Shown one piece after another: positions 18,104-26,091 of a stretch of DNA of 42,774 nucleotides. This DNA is from Opitutus sp. GAS368. Lineage in GTDB: Bacteria; Verrucomicrobiota; Verrucomicrobiia; Opitutales; Opitutaceae. Position numbers and translations under genes: made by a program. Where the stretch lies: the NCBI GenBank assembly GCA_945861645.1, contig CAMAVZ010000017.1:1-42774 (forward strand), given 5' to 3'. Under the pieces are notes generated by a model that did no database searches, was not told the origin of the DNA, and worked only from the letters and a program-made list of their open reading frames with translations. Numbering within the stretch: position 1 is the stretch's first letter; every line of letters begins with the position of its first letter.

Positions 18104-18270
18104 CGAGAGCTTTTCCTCCGTGGCTGCGTTGCGGCTGCGCGCTCGTCCTGAGCGCGGTCGGCCCGGCGACCCTCGCGACAGGACCGGAACTGACCCGGGG
18201 CGAGCCGGCCGCCGCCGGGTTTTCCCCGGTTCGCTTGGAGCGTCTGCACGGATTCATGCAGCAGGTGACG
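18100..18270 (+). pseudogene. N-terminal remnant of a secreted serine hydrolase (beta-lactamase family)
   Basis: ATGA-coupled to the CoA-transferase stop; signal peptide then LTRGEPAAAGFSPVRLERLHGFMQQ, the typical family N-terminus; sequence loses resemblance at ~18270 and no SxxK follows. Confidence 0.6.
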
Positions 18271-18329
18271 GGCCTGCCACTTTGCGGGGCCTTCTTTATT
18301 GTAGTGGCTCCGGTCAACCCGTCCGCCCC

Positions 18330-19616
18330 TTGATAAATTCTCCTGCCTCCTCACCGGCCGAGCCCGAAAGCGCGCGGTTGCGCTCGGCGCTGATGCTCGT
18401 GGGGACGGGGTATCTGTTTTTGACGCTGTGCGACTATCGGGAGGGGGTCGCCAATCTTGCCCTCCGATTTCTGCTGAAGGACCACCTGCATTTGACGGCG
18501 CCCCAGCTGGCTGGCTTTTTTTTCATCACAAAACTGGCTTGGTATTGCAAGCCATTCGCCGGCCTGCTCTCCGACAACGTGCGGCTCTTTGGCACCCGCC
18601 GGAAGGGGTATCTGATCGTCTTTTCAGTGGTCGCGGGCGGCCTCTGGTTTGCGCTGCCCTTTGCGCATAATACGTACGGTTCCATGCTGTGGTTAGTCCT
18701 GGCCATCAACTTTGCGCTGATGATGGTGCACACAACGCTGGGCGGCCTGCTGGTGGAGGTGGGCCAGTCACTTGGCGCCACCGGTCGCATCAGTGCGGTG
18801 CGCAGCGGCACCGAGAGCCTGGGTTGGCTCTTGACGGGGCTCCTCAGTGGCTGGATTGCGGTGCACCTGCTTCATTATGGTTTCTTGATCAATGCCGTCC
18901 TCATGTTTATTTTGGCGGTGATTTTTGCGAAAATGCTCCGAGAGGATAAGGCCGAGCCGACCGGACCGGATAAGCCCAAGTGGACCCTTATGCAGTTCAA
19001 GCAATTGTTCCAGCATCGCACCATCTGGACCGCCGCCGGCTTTTGGGTGCTGATCAAGTTTTCTCCGGGTTTTGGCACTCCGCTGTTTTATTATCAGAGC
19101 GAGACGCTAGGATTCACGCCGCAATCTATCGGCTATCTCGGCTTCATCTCGGCGTCCGCCGGACTGCTGGGCAGCCTCTGCTACATGCAAATTTGCCGCC
19201 GCCTCGCCCTCAACAAGCTGCTTTGGCTGGGTGTGAGCCTGCATGCCGCCTCCTCGCTGGCCTTCTTCGCTTATCGGTCGATGAGTTCGGCCATCGCGAT
19301 CGAAGCCGCCTATGGACTTTGCACCGCCTTGGCCTTTATGCCGATCTTCGATCTGTTGGCCCGCGCCACGCCCAAGCATATTGCCGCGTTCGGCTATGCC
19401 TTGATTTTCAGCTTGGGCAGCCTGTCGGTTTCGGGCTCGGATCTGTTGGGATCTTGGATCTATGAAAAACTCGACCACAGCTTTGTTGGCATGATCATGC
19501 TTAATTCAGGCACCTCCGCCTTCGCGCTCCTGGTCATTCCTTTTTTGCCCCGCATGCTGGTCGCCCACCGCGATGGCGAAAGTCCTCCGATTGAAAGTAA
19601 GGCTCCGTCGGCATAA
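18330..19616 (+). CDS. MFS transporter, BT1/folate-biopterin-like
   Basis: ~12 hydrophobic segments, LKDHLHL, AWYCKPFAGLLSDNVRLFGTRRKGY, PGFGTPLFYYQ; start uncertain (TTG 18330 or ATG 18393); the 17844 ORF-track start is a read-through artefact. Confidence 0.85.
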   Translation: MINSPASSPAEPESARLRSALMLVGTGYLFLTLCDYREGVANLALRFLLKDHLHLTAPQLAGFFFITKLAWYCKPFAGLLSDNVRLFGTRRKGYLIVFSVVAGGLWFALPFAHNTYGSMLWLVLAINFALMMVHTTLGGLLVEVGQSLGATGRISAVRSGTESLGWLLTGLLSGWIAVHLLHYGFLINAVLMFILAVIFAKMLREDKAEPTGPDKPKWTLMQFKQLFQHRTIWTAAGFWVLIKFSPGFGTPLFYYQSETLGFTPQSIGYLGFISASAGLLGSLCYMQICRRLALNKLLWLGVSLHAASSLAFFAYRSMSSAIAIEAAYGLCTALAFMPIFDLLARATPKHIAAFGYALIFSLGSLSVSGSDLLGSWIYEKLDHSFVGMIMLNSGTSAFALLVIPFLPRMLVAHRDGESPPIESKAPSA

Positions 19617-19639
19617 TCTACGGGCACACCTTCAGGCCA

Positions 19640-20074
19640 TCAGTGTTTCCAAGTCAGGTAGCCTCTCGCGCAGAAACGCAACGTCGTCCTAAACCACCTA
19701 CCAGATGTCATAGCCCAGGGGCGCTTCCCGTGGGAAGGGTTGGGGCAGATTACACTGACCTTGGCAGCGCGCCGAACTTCCTCCAGAATTTGCAGGATGG
19801 GCCACGACGCATTGCGTAGTCCACACGCCTCAGTCAGAATGCCGTTAACATCGGCGCCGGCCAACCTCGAGATGAAGTAGCCGCAAAAGGGGCGCAGTGC
19901 CTGATAACCACTCACACTTGGAAAAGTGCCCATCTGCCACATGTTTTGTTCATCCCAGATATAATCACACACCTGGGCCGATGTCGCATTGTCACAAAAA
20001 ATCCTTCCGACTAAATCTATTAATTGTTTCGCGGTCTCGGCCGCGCTGGCCCCCTCCCCCCTTAGGGCAATCAT
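19640..20074 (-). pseudogene. Degraded hypothetical gene next to the att site
   Basis: Protein-like core IFCDNATSAQVCDYIWDEQNMWQMGTFP; an alternative frame at the 3' end (LPQPFPREAPLGYDIW*VV*DDVAFLRERLPDLETLMA) has internal stops; no family recognised. Confidence 0.3.
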
Positions 20075-20082
20075 CCCCTTGG

Positions 20083-20301
20083 GAGTCCTGCCAGAGTCTT
20101 GCCAATTTTGCTTCGTTTTAGTTCTTTTCGGTTCTTTCTGGTTCTATCTACCGGGGGCGTCCCATTGTTCATTCTCATAGGAGAAATCCTTTAATCTCTC
20201 CATTTTAATCATTTGCCAATTTCTCTAAAAAGAGGCTTCATTGGGTTCGAATCCCTCTCTCTCCGCCACTTTCTCATAGTAGGGACGTCAGAGTCCTGCC
20301 A
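20083..20301 (+). mobile_element. Tyrosine-integrase attachment site (arm-type repeats + phased repeats + tRNA-Ser 3' core)
   Basis: GAGTCCTGCCA (20083-20093), GAGTCTTGCCA (20094-20104), 10-bp-phased (G/C)TTC repeats 20111-20150, IHF-like TTTTAATCATTTG (20203-20215), core 20243-20268, GAGTCCTGCCA again at 20291-20301. Confidence 0.7.
20243..20268 (+). tRNA. 3' fragment of a tRNA-Ser (T-loop, acceptor 3' strand, G discriminator, CCA); not an intact tRNA
   Basis: GGGTTCGAATCCCTCTCTCTCCGCCA; no D-arm or anticodon arm upstream. Confidence 0.85.
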
Positions 20302-20407
20302 ATTTTTTTGCATTCTGTGAGATTCGGCGTTGAGTAACGACTATGGGCACATCGCGCACGAATCTAGTGTTCTATCAGTTCTGACTCCGATAACCGTCCA
20401 CCCCTAC

Positions 20408-21049
20408 ATGCAGCGCGAGCTTAAACCCGAGCTACTCGATTCTCTGCCGTCGGACCACCCGGATGCCCTGCACAACCGCCGCGACCTGCGCCTGATCAAT
20501 CGAGCGCTAGGAGGTCACCGGTGGCTGGCCCGCACCCTGGCTCAACTGTTGCCGCCCTCAAAGCCGGTGCTGGAAGTCGGTGCCGGCACGGGCGAACTCG
20601 GCGATTTACTCGCCGCCCGAGGCTTCGCGACCGCGGGACTTGATCTGTGGCCGAAGCCTGCCGGCTGGCCGTCCTGCCGCGCCTGGCATCGCGCCGATCT
20701 TTTGACCTTCGACAGCTATAGCAGCTATCCGGTGATCATCGGCAACTTGATCTTCCATCAATTCACTGCCGGCCAGCTGGCAGCGCTGGGCGAAAAACTG
20801 CGCCGCACTACCCGGGTCATTCTCGCCTGTGAACCGCTACGCCGGCGCGAGTCGCAGTTTCTGTTCGCCGCGATCGCCCCCGTTTTCGGCGCCAATCATG
20901 TTAGCCTGCATGACGCCCATGTCAGCATCTCAGCCGGCTTTCTTGGCGATGAACTTCCGCAAATGCTCGGACTGACGCAGCCCGATTGGGACTGCCGTTG
21001 TCATAGCACGATGCTCGGCACTTATCGGATGGTGGCCCAGCGGATATGA
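20408..21049 (+). CDS. Class I SAM-dependent methyltransferase (type III PKS-associated)
   Basis: R...PELLD, DLRLINRALG, VLEVGAGTG, NLIFHQF, HDAHVSISAGF; ATG 20408. Confidence 0.85.
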   Translation: MQRELKPELLDSLPSDHPDALHNRRDLRLINRALGGHRWLARTLAQLLPPSKPVLEVGAGTGELGDLLAARGFATAGLDLWPKPAGWPSCRAWHRADLLTFDSYSSYPVIIGNLIFHQFTAGQLAALGEKLRRTTRVILACEPLRRRESQFLFAAIAPVFGANHVSLHDAHVSISAGFLGDELPQMLGLTQPDWDCRCHSTMLGTYRMVAQRI

Positions 21050-22068
21050 AATCACTGCGCCCCATCGAAATCATTGGCGGCGGGCTAGCCGGTCTGTCGC
21101 TTGGATTAGCTCTGCGCCGCCAAGGGGTGCCGGTCAGCGTGTCCGAGGCGGGCAGCTATCCCCGACATCGTGTTTGTGGCGAATTCATAGCCGGCTTGTC
21201 GGATAGCACGGTCGCACAACTGGGCCTCGAGCCGTTTTTGTCGGATGCGCTGCAGCATCATGAGGTGTCCTGGTTCCTGGAGGGTAAACTAGCCCGCCGG
21301 CAGCACCTCCCCTCACCCGCCCGCGCCCTGAGCCGATATCGACTTGATGCCCGCCTCGCGAACGCCTTTGTTGAAGCAGGCGGTAGACTTCAGACACAGG
21401 CACGGGTCTGCGTTGGGCAGGCGAAGGCCGGCTGTGTCTTAACGACCGGAAGGCGGCGTACTACCTCCCCATGGATCGGGTTGAAGATCCACGCATTGAA
21501 CCTTCCCCTCGAATGTGATCTGGAGCTCCATCTGGGCGCAGAGTCTTATATCGGGCTCACCCGCGTGGAGAATGGACGGGTCAACGTATGCGGCCTATTC
21601 CGGCGCCGCGAATTGGTGGCCCAAGGCGCGGCTTTGATCATCAATTATCTGCGCGCGGCGAAGCTGACCGTACTCGCTGACCGGCTGGCCGGGGCTGATT
21701 TCGACGGGGAATCATTCAGCGCCGTTGCCGCCATGGGCTTCGACCAGCATGTCCCAGCGAACTGCAGCGTCACCCTCGGCGATGCCTGTGCGATGATCCC
21801 GCCGTTCACGGGTAATGGCATGGCGATGGCCTTTCAAAGCGCGGCGGCTGCACTCGACCCGCTCCTCAGTTATACGCGCGGCGAAGCGGAATGGCCGACG
21901 ACTTGCGCCGCTGTCCAAACCACTTTGAAAAATTGTTTTCGGTTGCGGCTGGCGACGGCGAAAGTACTCCACCCCTTCGTGTTGGAGCCGGTCCGACAGC
22001 GCTGGCTGACGCGTCTGTCGCGGGCTCATTTGCTTCCGCTCCGACCGCTTTACTTTGCCCTCCACTAG
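21046..22068 (+). CDS. FAD-dependent oxidoreductase/monooxygenase
   Basis: IIGGGLAG, YPRHRVCGEFI, GDACAMIPPFTGNGMAMA; ATGA-coupled to the methyltransferase. Confidence 0.88.
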   Translation: MKSLRPIEIIGGGLAGLSLGLALRRQGVPVSVSEAGSYPRHRVCGEFIAGLSDSTVAQLGLEPFLSDALQHHEVSWFLEGKLARRQHLPSPARALSRYRLDARLANAFVEAGGRLQTQARVCVGQAKAGCVLTTGRRRTTSPWIGLKIHALNLPLECDLELHLGAESYIGLTRVENGRVNVCGLFRRRELVAQGAALIINYLRAAKLTVLADRLAGADFDGESFSAVAAMGFDQHVPANCSVTLGDACAMIPPFTGNGMAMAFQSAAAALDPLLSYTRGEAEWPTTCAAVQTTLKNCFRLRLATAKVLHPFVLEPVRQRWLTRLSRAHLLPLRPLYFALH

Positions 22069-22075
22069 TTTTCCC

Positions 22076-23128
22076 ATGTATCTCCACGCCCTTGCTACCG
22101 CCGTACCCCCAGCGATTCTCACCCAGCAGGAATGCTGGGAAATCGTCCAGCGCTCGAAAGTACGCGAACGCCTGAAGAAACGCTCGATGCTCATTCTGCA
22201 GTCGATCCTTAAAGGTGACCACGGCATCGCCACGCGCCACTTCGCGATGCCTGCCATCGAGGACGTGTTCGATCTGACCTCCGACCAGCTCAACGCCGCC
22301 TATCGCGCCGAGGGCCCGAAGCTAGCGGCGCGGGCCCTGAGCGCTGCACTGGAAAAATCCGGCATCAAGCCGGCCGAACTCGATGCTCTCCTTATTTGCA
22401 GCTGCACAGGATATCTCTGTCCTGGGCTGACAAGCTACGTCGCGGAGCTGCTCGGCCTCCGGCCGAACGTTTTCCTGCAAGATCTCGTCGGGCTTGGCTG
22501 TGGTGCGGCGATTCCCACCCTACGCGCTGCCAGTTATGTGCTGGCGGCGCAGCCGAGCGCGACAGTGGCCTGTGTGGCGATCGAGATGTGCTCGGCAGCT
22601 TTTTATCTTGATGACGACCCAGGCGTGCTGATCAGCGCCTGCCTGTTCAGCGACGGCGCGGCAGCCACGATCTGGCGCGCCTCTCCCGGGCCATCCGGCT
22701 TGGCCTGCTTTGATTTCAACACTCTCCATTTACCCGCCGACCGGGATAAACTCCGTTTTGAGCAGCGCGACGGCAAGCTGCGTAATCTCCTGCACCGCTC
22801 CGTGCCCGAGCTGGCAGCGGATGCCGTCGCCCGGTTGTGGGCGGAGCGCGGCCCGCGGCCCGTGGCCCGCGTCGTGACCCACCCCGGAGGTCGCGATGTA
22901 CTGGAGGCGCTCGAGCCGGTCCTCGCGCCGCATCTGCTTGAGGCGAGCGCTCTGATGCTGCGGAACCACGGCAACATGAGCAGTCCGGCGGTGCTCTTCG
23001 CTCTGGAGGAGACCCTCAAAACAACCGTTCCCAGCGACGCCGGTGATCTTTGGCTCATAAGTTTCGGCGCGGGCTTTAGCGCACATAGTTGCCGAATCGG
23101 ACTCCCAGCGTGCCAACCTCTCCCTTAA
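22076..23128 (+). CDS. Type III polyketide synthase (chalcone/stilbene synthase family)
   Basis: Catalytic triad Cys (GLGC), His (HPGG), Asn (GNMSS); CTGYLCPG, IEMCS, LFSDGAAA, SFGAGF; ATG 22076. Confidence 0.95.
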   Translation: MYLHALATAVPPAILTQQECWEIVQRSKVRERLKKRSMLILQSILKGDHGIATRHFAMPAIEDVFDLTSDQLNAAYRAEGPKLAARALSAALEKSGIKPAELDALLICSCTGYLCPGLTSYVAELLGLRPNVFLQDLVGLGCGAAIPTLRAASYVLAAQPSATVACVAIEMCSAAFYLDDDPGVLISACLFSDGAAATIWRASPGPSGLACFDFNTLHLPADRDKLRFEQRDGKLRNLLHRSVPELAADAVARLWAERGPRPVARVVTHPGGRDVLEALEPVLAPHLLEASALMLRNHGNMSSPAVLFALEETLKTTVPSDAGDLWLISFGAGFSAHSCRIGLPACQPLP

Positions 23129-23310
23129 GCCCATTCGCGGCGCCCCCGCAATCTTCCTAGCCCCTGCCCGCCCCTTGTTTTCGCAAACCATGTCATGCAA
23201 AGGTGAGTTGCGGCTAAACTCAACGGGTAGCCACCCACCGAGCCTCGCGTTAACACCGGTAAATATTTTCGCGCTGCGTTTCTGAGGTCACTGGTGAACT
23301 GAGTGATAAT

Positions 23311-23661
23311 ATGACCTCAGTCACAGGTATCGTCGCGGTTCGTGATTGGCGGGCGTATGCTATGACAAAATTTGCAATGGTCGGGTTGACCCCGGGTATC
23401 GGCCTCAATCACTCGAATACGGGCGTTCGTTGCAATGCCATCTGCCCCGACCGAGTGGAAACACTCTTTGTCTCTGCGCGCATCGCGAAGTATCCCAATC
23501 CCGCTCCAGCCTACCGCGAGAGGTCAGCAACTCAGCTTAACCAGCGCATGATTTGGCCCAAGGAAATAGCCGCGGCGGCGGTTCACCTCGCGGCTGACTC
23601 ATCAGCCATGGTTACGGGCATTACGCTCATGATTGATGGCAGTAAGACGGCAGATAAGTAG
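23311..23661 (+). pseudogene. C-terminal remnant of a short-chain dehydrogenase (SDR)
   Basis: YAMTK (YxxxK), GVRCNAICP, EIAAAAVHLA, VTG...IDG; lacks the N-terminal TGxxxGIG domain and shows degenerate conserved positions (PDR for PG). Confidence 0.8.
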
Positions 23662-23732
23662 CTCCCTCAGCGCGTGACTGGAGGCTCGCCAAGCTGCTTA
23701 GGGCCTCTTTCACTTTTGGCTTACTTCTTACA

Positions 23733-23900
23733 ATGCACATTTTCATCACCGGCGAAGCGGGGTTTCTGGGCAGACATTGGTGCGACAAGTTTCTCGCGAA
23801 AAAACCCGAAATTGCCGATCTCGATAATCTTTCCACGGGTAGTAAGACTAATAGCGCGCTCTTACTGAATTATTCTAATTTTAAAAGCGTCCCCAATCTG
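23733..23900 (+). pseudogene. N-terminal remnant of an NAD-dependent epimerase/UDP-glucuronate decarboxylase
   Basis: MHIFITGEAGFLGRHWCDKFL...LDNLSTGSKTN; only ~55 codons, Rossmann motif mutated (TGEAG). Confidence 0.8.
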
Positions 23901-23902
23901 CC

Positions 23903-25063
23903 ATGTCTTCCCTGCCGCTGATGACCATCCAGGGCCAACCTTCTTGGCCGATCAAATCGAGCTTGGTTAAGGGCTGGCTAACCAAATTAGGCGGCCACCT
24001 CGGCCCCGTGCAATTCCAGTTAGGCCGGAAAATCGTCCAGCCTTATGCCGTCGCCCCTTGGGCCGAGGAACCCCTCGCCGCGGGATCACCGGCCATCCTC
24101 CGCGCCTTGCGGGGGGATTTTTTCTGCTGCCCGTTCGGTGGTAACGCCACCGCTTGGCGCGGCGAACAACACCCGCCGCATGGCGAAACGGCTAACGCTA
24201 CCTGGCGGCCAGCATCGCTCACGCGCTCCGGCGCCCGAGTTACTCTGCAGACCAGCCTCGCCACTACGGTGCGAAAGGGGCGCGTGGATAAATTCATCAG
24301 CCTTATTGATGGCCACACCGCGATCTACTCGCGACATATTCTCACTGGCATGACCGGGCCCATGAATGTCGGTCATCACGCTACGCTAAAATTTCCCGCC
24401 TCACCCGGCAGCGGGGTCATCAGCACGAGTCGTTTCATCCGCGGCCAAGTCCTACCCGAGCCGTTCGAATTACCAGAAAATGGCGGCTATCAAAGCCTGC
24501 GGCCGGGCGCGGTGTTTCGTTCCTTGCAGCGCGTGCCCCGGCTTGATGGTGGCCAAGCTGATCTCAGTCTTTATCCTGCCCGCCGCGGTTATGAGGATCT
24601 CGCCCTGTTGACGGCGGACGCGAAACTTCCCTTCGCATGGACGGCCGTAACTTTCCCCGCTGAAGGCTATGTTTGGTTTGCCCTGCGTGATCCACGGGTA
24701 CTGCGGCACACGGTCATGTGGATCTCCAACGGCGGCCGGCATTATGCCCCTTGGAACGGTCGACATACGGATGTCATGGGCTTGGAAGATATCACCGGTT
24801 ATTTCCATCTGGGGCTGGCCGAATCCGCCCGACCTAATTCGCTCAATCGCCGGGGAATTCCGACCACGCTTAAATTACACGCGCAGCGTCCCACCTCGAT
24901 CAGCACCATCATGGCCATGGCCGTGATTCCAAAAAGCTTTGATCGCGTGGCCTCGATTACCGCCCGCGGCGATGGCGTTGACCTGGTCGCGGCCAATGGC
25001 CGGCAAACGCACACCGCACTTGACCTATCATGGCTCACGTCGACGGCGGCTATGGCGTCATGA
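23903..25063 (+). CDS. Hypothetical protein, probable galactose-mutarotase/aldose 1-epimerase-like fold
   Basis: GGHLGPV, RGDFFCCPFG, HPPHGE, NVGHH and GLED spaced like the His/His/Glu catalytic set of aldose epimerases. Confidence 0.55.
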   Translation: MSSLPLMTIQGQPSWPIKSSLVKGWLTKLGGHLGPVQFQLGRKIVQPYAVAPWAEEPLAAGSPAILRALRGDFFCCPFGGNATAWRGEQHPPHGETANATWRPASLTRSGARVTLQTSLATTVRKGRVDKFISLIDGHTAIYSRHILTGMTGPMNVGHHATLKFPASPGSGVISTSRFIRGQVLPEPFELPENGGYQSLRPGAVFRSLQRVPRLDGGQADLSLYPARRGYEDLALLTADAKLPFAWTAVTFPAEGYVWFALRDPRVLRHTVMWISNGGRHYAPWNGRHTDVMGLEDITGYFHLGLAESARPNSLNRRGIPTTLKLHAQRPTSISTIMAMAVIPKSFDRVASITARGDGVDLVAANGRQTHTALDLSWLTSTAAMAS

Positions 25064-25824
25064 AAACGCCATCAGCCGATCCCCATCTCCTAGCCTCACT
25101 ACGCCGGATCGGGGCTAAACCACCCGAGATTATCGAGCTGTTAGATTACGTCGAAAATTTGCTGGTATGGGTGAAAGACGCCGAGGGCCACTACCAATGG
25201 GTCAACATGGCCTTTCTGCTTAATTTTGGCGTCGCCAGCCGCGCTGATATCATCGGCTGCACTGATTTTGATTTTTGCGGGCCGGTCATGGCTAACCAGT
25301 ATCGCGTCGACGACGAGCGCGTGCTCCAAGGTGAACGCATTCTCGCCCGCGTGGAACTGATCGGCCGCTTCAATCACACCGCGCGCTGGTGCATCACCTC
25401 GAAAATCCCCCTCTATAATGCCCAAGGGCGCATCGTCGGGACGGCCGGGGTCACGCGACCGATCGACGAACGGGCCCCGGTGTCCCCCAGTGACTCCCCG
25501 CTGAGTGCGGCCATTCGGTTTGTTAGTCAAAATTACAGCGAATCGATTACCAATAGCCGATTAGCCAAAATTTGCGGCCTCTCCCTGCGGGTTTTTGAAC
25601 GTCAATTTCAGGCCACCTATCATGTATCCCCGCATCATTATGTACGTAACCTCCGTGTACGCATGAGCTGTAGCGCCCTTGTTTTCACGCGGAAGTTGCT
25701 AGCAGAAATCGCCGCCGAGTCGGGTTTTGCCGATCAAAGTCACTTCACCAAAGAATTTGGCCGCCTCATGGGAGAAACCCCTCGGGCCTATCGGCTCCGT
25801 TACGCCAGCCATACCACCGGATAA
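25060..25824 (+). CDS. PAS-domain AraC-family transcriptional regulator
   Basis: PAS: WVKDAEGHY..VN, IGCTDFD, TSKIPL...GRIVGTAG; HTH: LAKICGLS, SGFADQSHFTKEF...GETPRAYR; ATGA overlap at 25060-25063. Confidence 0.93.
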   Translation: MKTPSADPHLLASLRRIGAKPPEIIELLDYVENLLVWVKDAEGHYQWVNMAFLLNFGVASRADIIGCTDFDFCGPVMANQYRVDDERVLQGERILARVELIGRFNHTARWCITSKIPLYNAQGRIVGTAGVTRPIDERAPVSPSDSPLSAAIRFVSQNYSESITNSRLAKICGLSLRVFERQFQATYHVSPHHYVRNLRVRMSCSALVFTRKLLAEIAAESGFADQSHFTKEFGRLMGETPRAYRLRYASHTTG

Positions 25825-25850
25825 AAATAGCACTGGCCTGAGTTTTTCCT

Positions 25851-25914
25851 CGACGTTTTCCTTCCAAATATTGTCGTCAGTCTTCTAGAGAAAAATCATC
25901 GATTAGCATATCAT
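25851..25914 (+). promoter_or_regulatory. Putative AraC-activated promoter: 21-bp-spaced direct repeat plus -10-like TATCAT
   Basis: cGACGTtttcCTTCcAaA (25851) / tGTCGTcagtCTTCtAgA (25872); TATCAT at 25909-25914 places the -35 over the end of the second repeat. Confidence 0.5.
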
Positions 25915-26091
25915 TGGCCGCTCAGATTGTCTTGCTTCCAAAGCTCACCCCTTCGCCTGCTTTCCACCCCTGATTCGCGTCGCCATTACCCTGCGCGCAC
26001 CTCCCTCCATACCGAAGCGACCCCATTCATTTTTTTATTTTCGTAATTTCACCAGCACCTCGCTCGTTTAATTTTTAGTTTTTTCCCTCCT

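Noticed and set aside
17844-18329. N-terminal 160-aa extension of the MFS ORF
   Set aside because: Overlaps the CoA-transferase and hydrolase stub in another frame; Arg/Pro-rich nonsense, and membrane helices start only after ~18380
20083-20150. CRISPR or iteron/plasmid origin interpretation of the short repeats
   Set aside because: Repeats are 10-11 bp without unique spacers, there is no cas or rep gene, and adjacency to a tRNA 3' end fits an att site better
20180-20268. Possible intact 89-nt tRNA-Ser starting GGAGAAA
   Set aside because: Length fits but there is no D-arm (no GG), no anticodon stem, an incomplete T-stem and an acceptor mismatch; only the last 26 nt are tRNA-like
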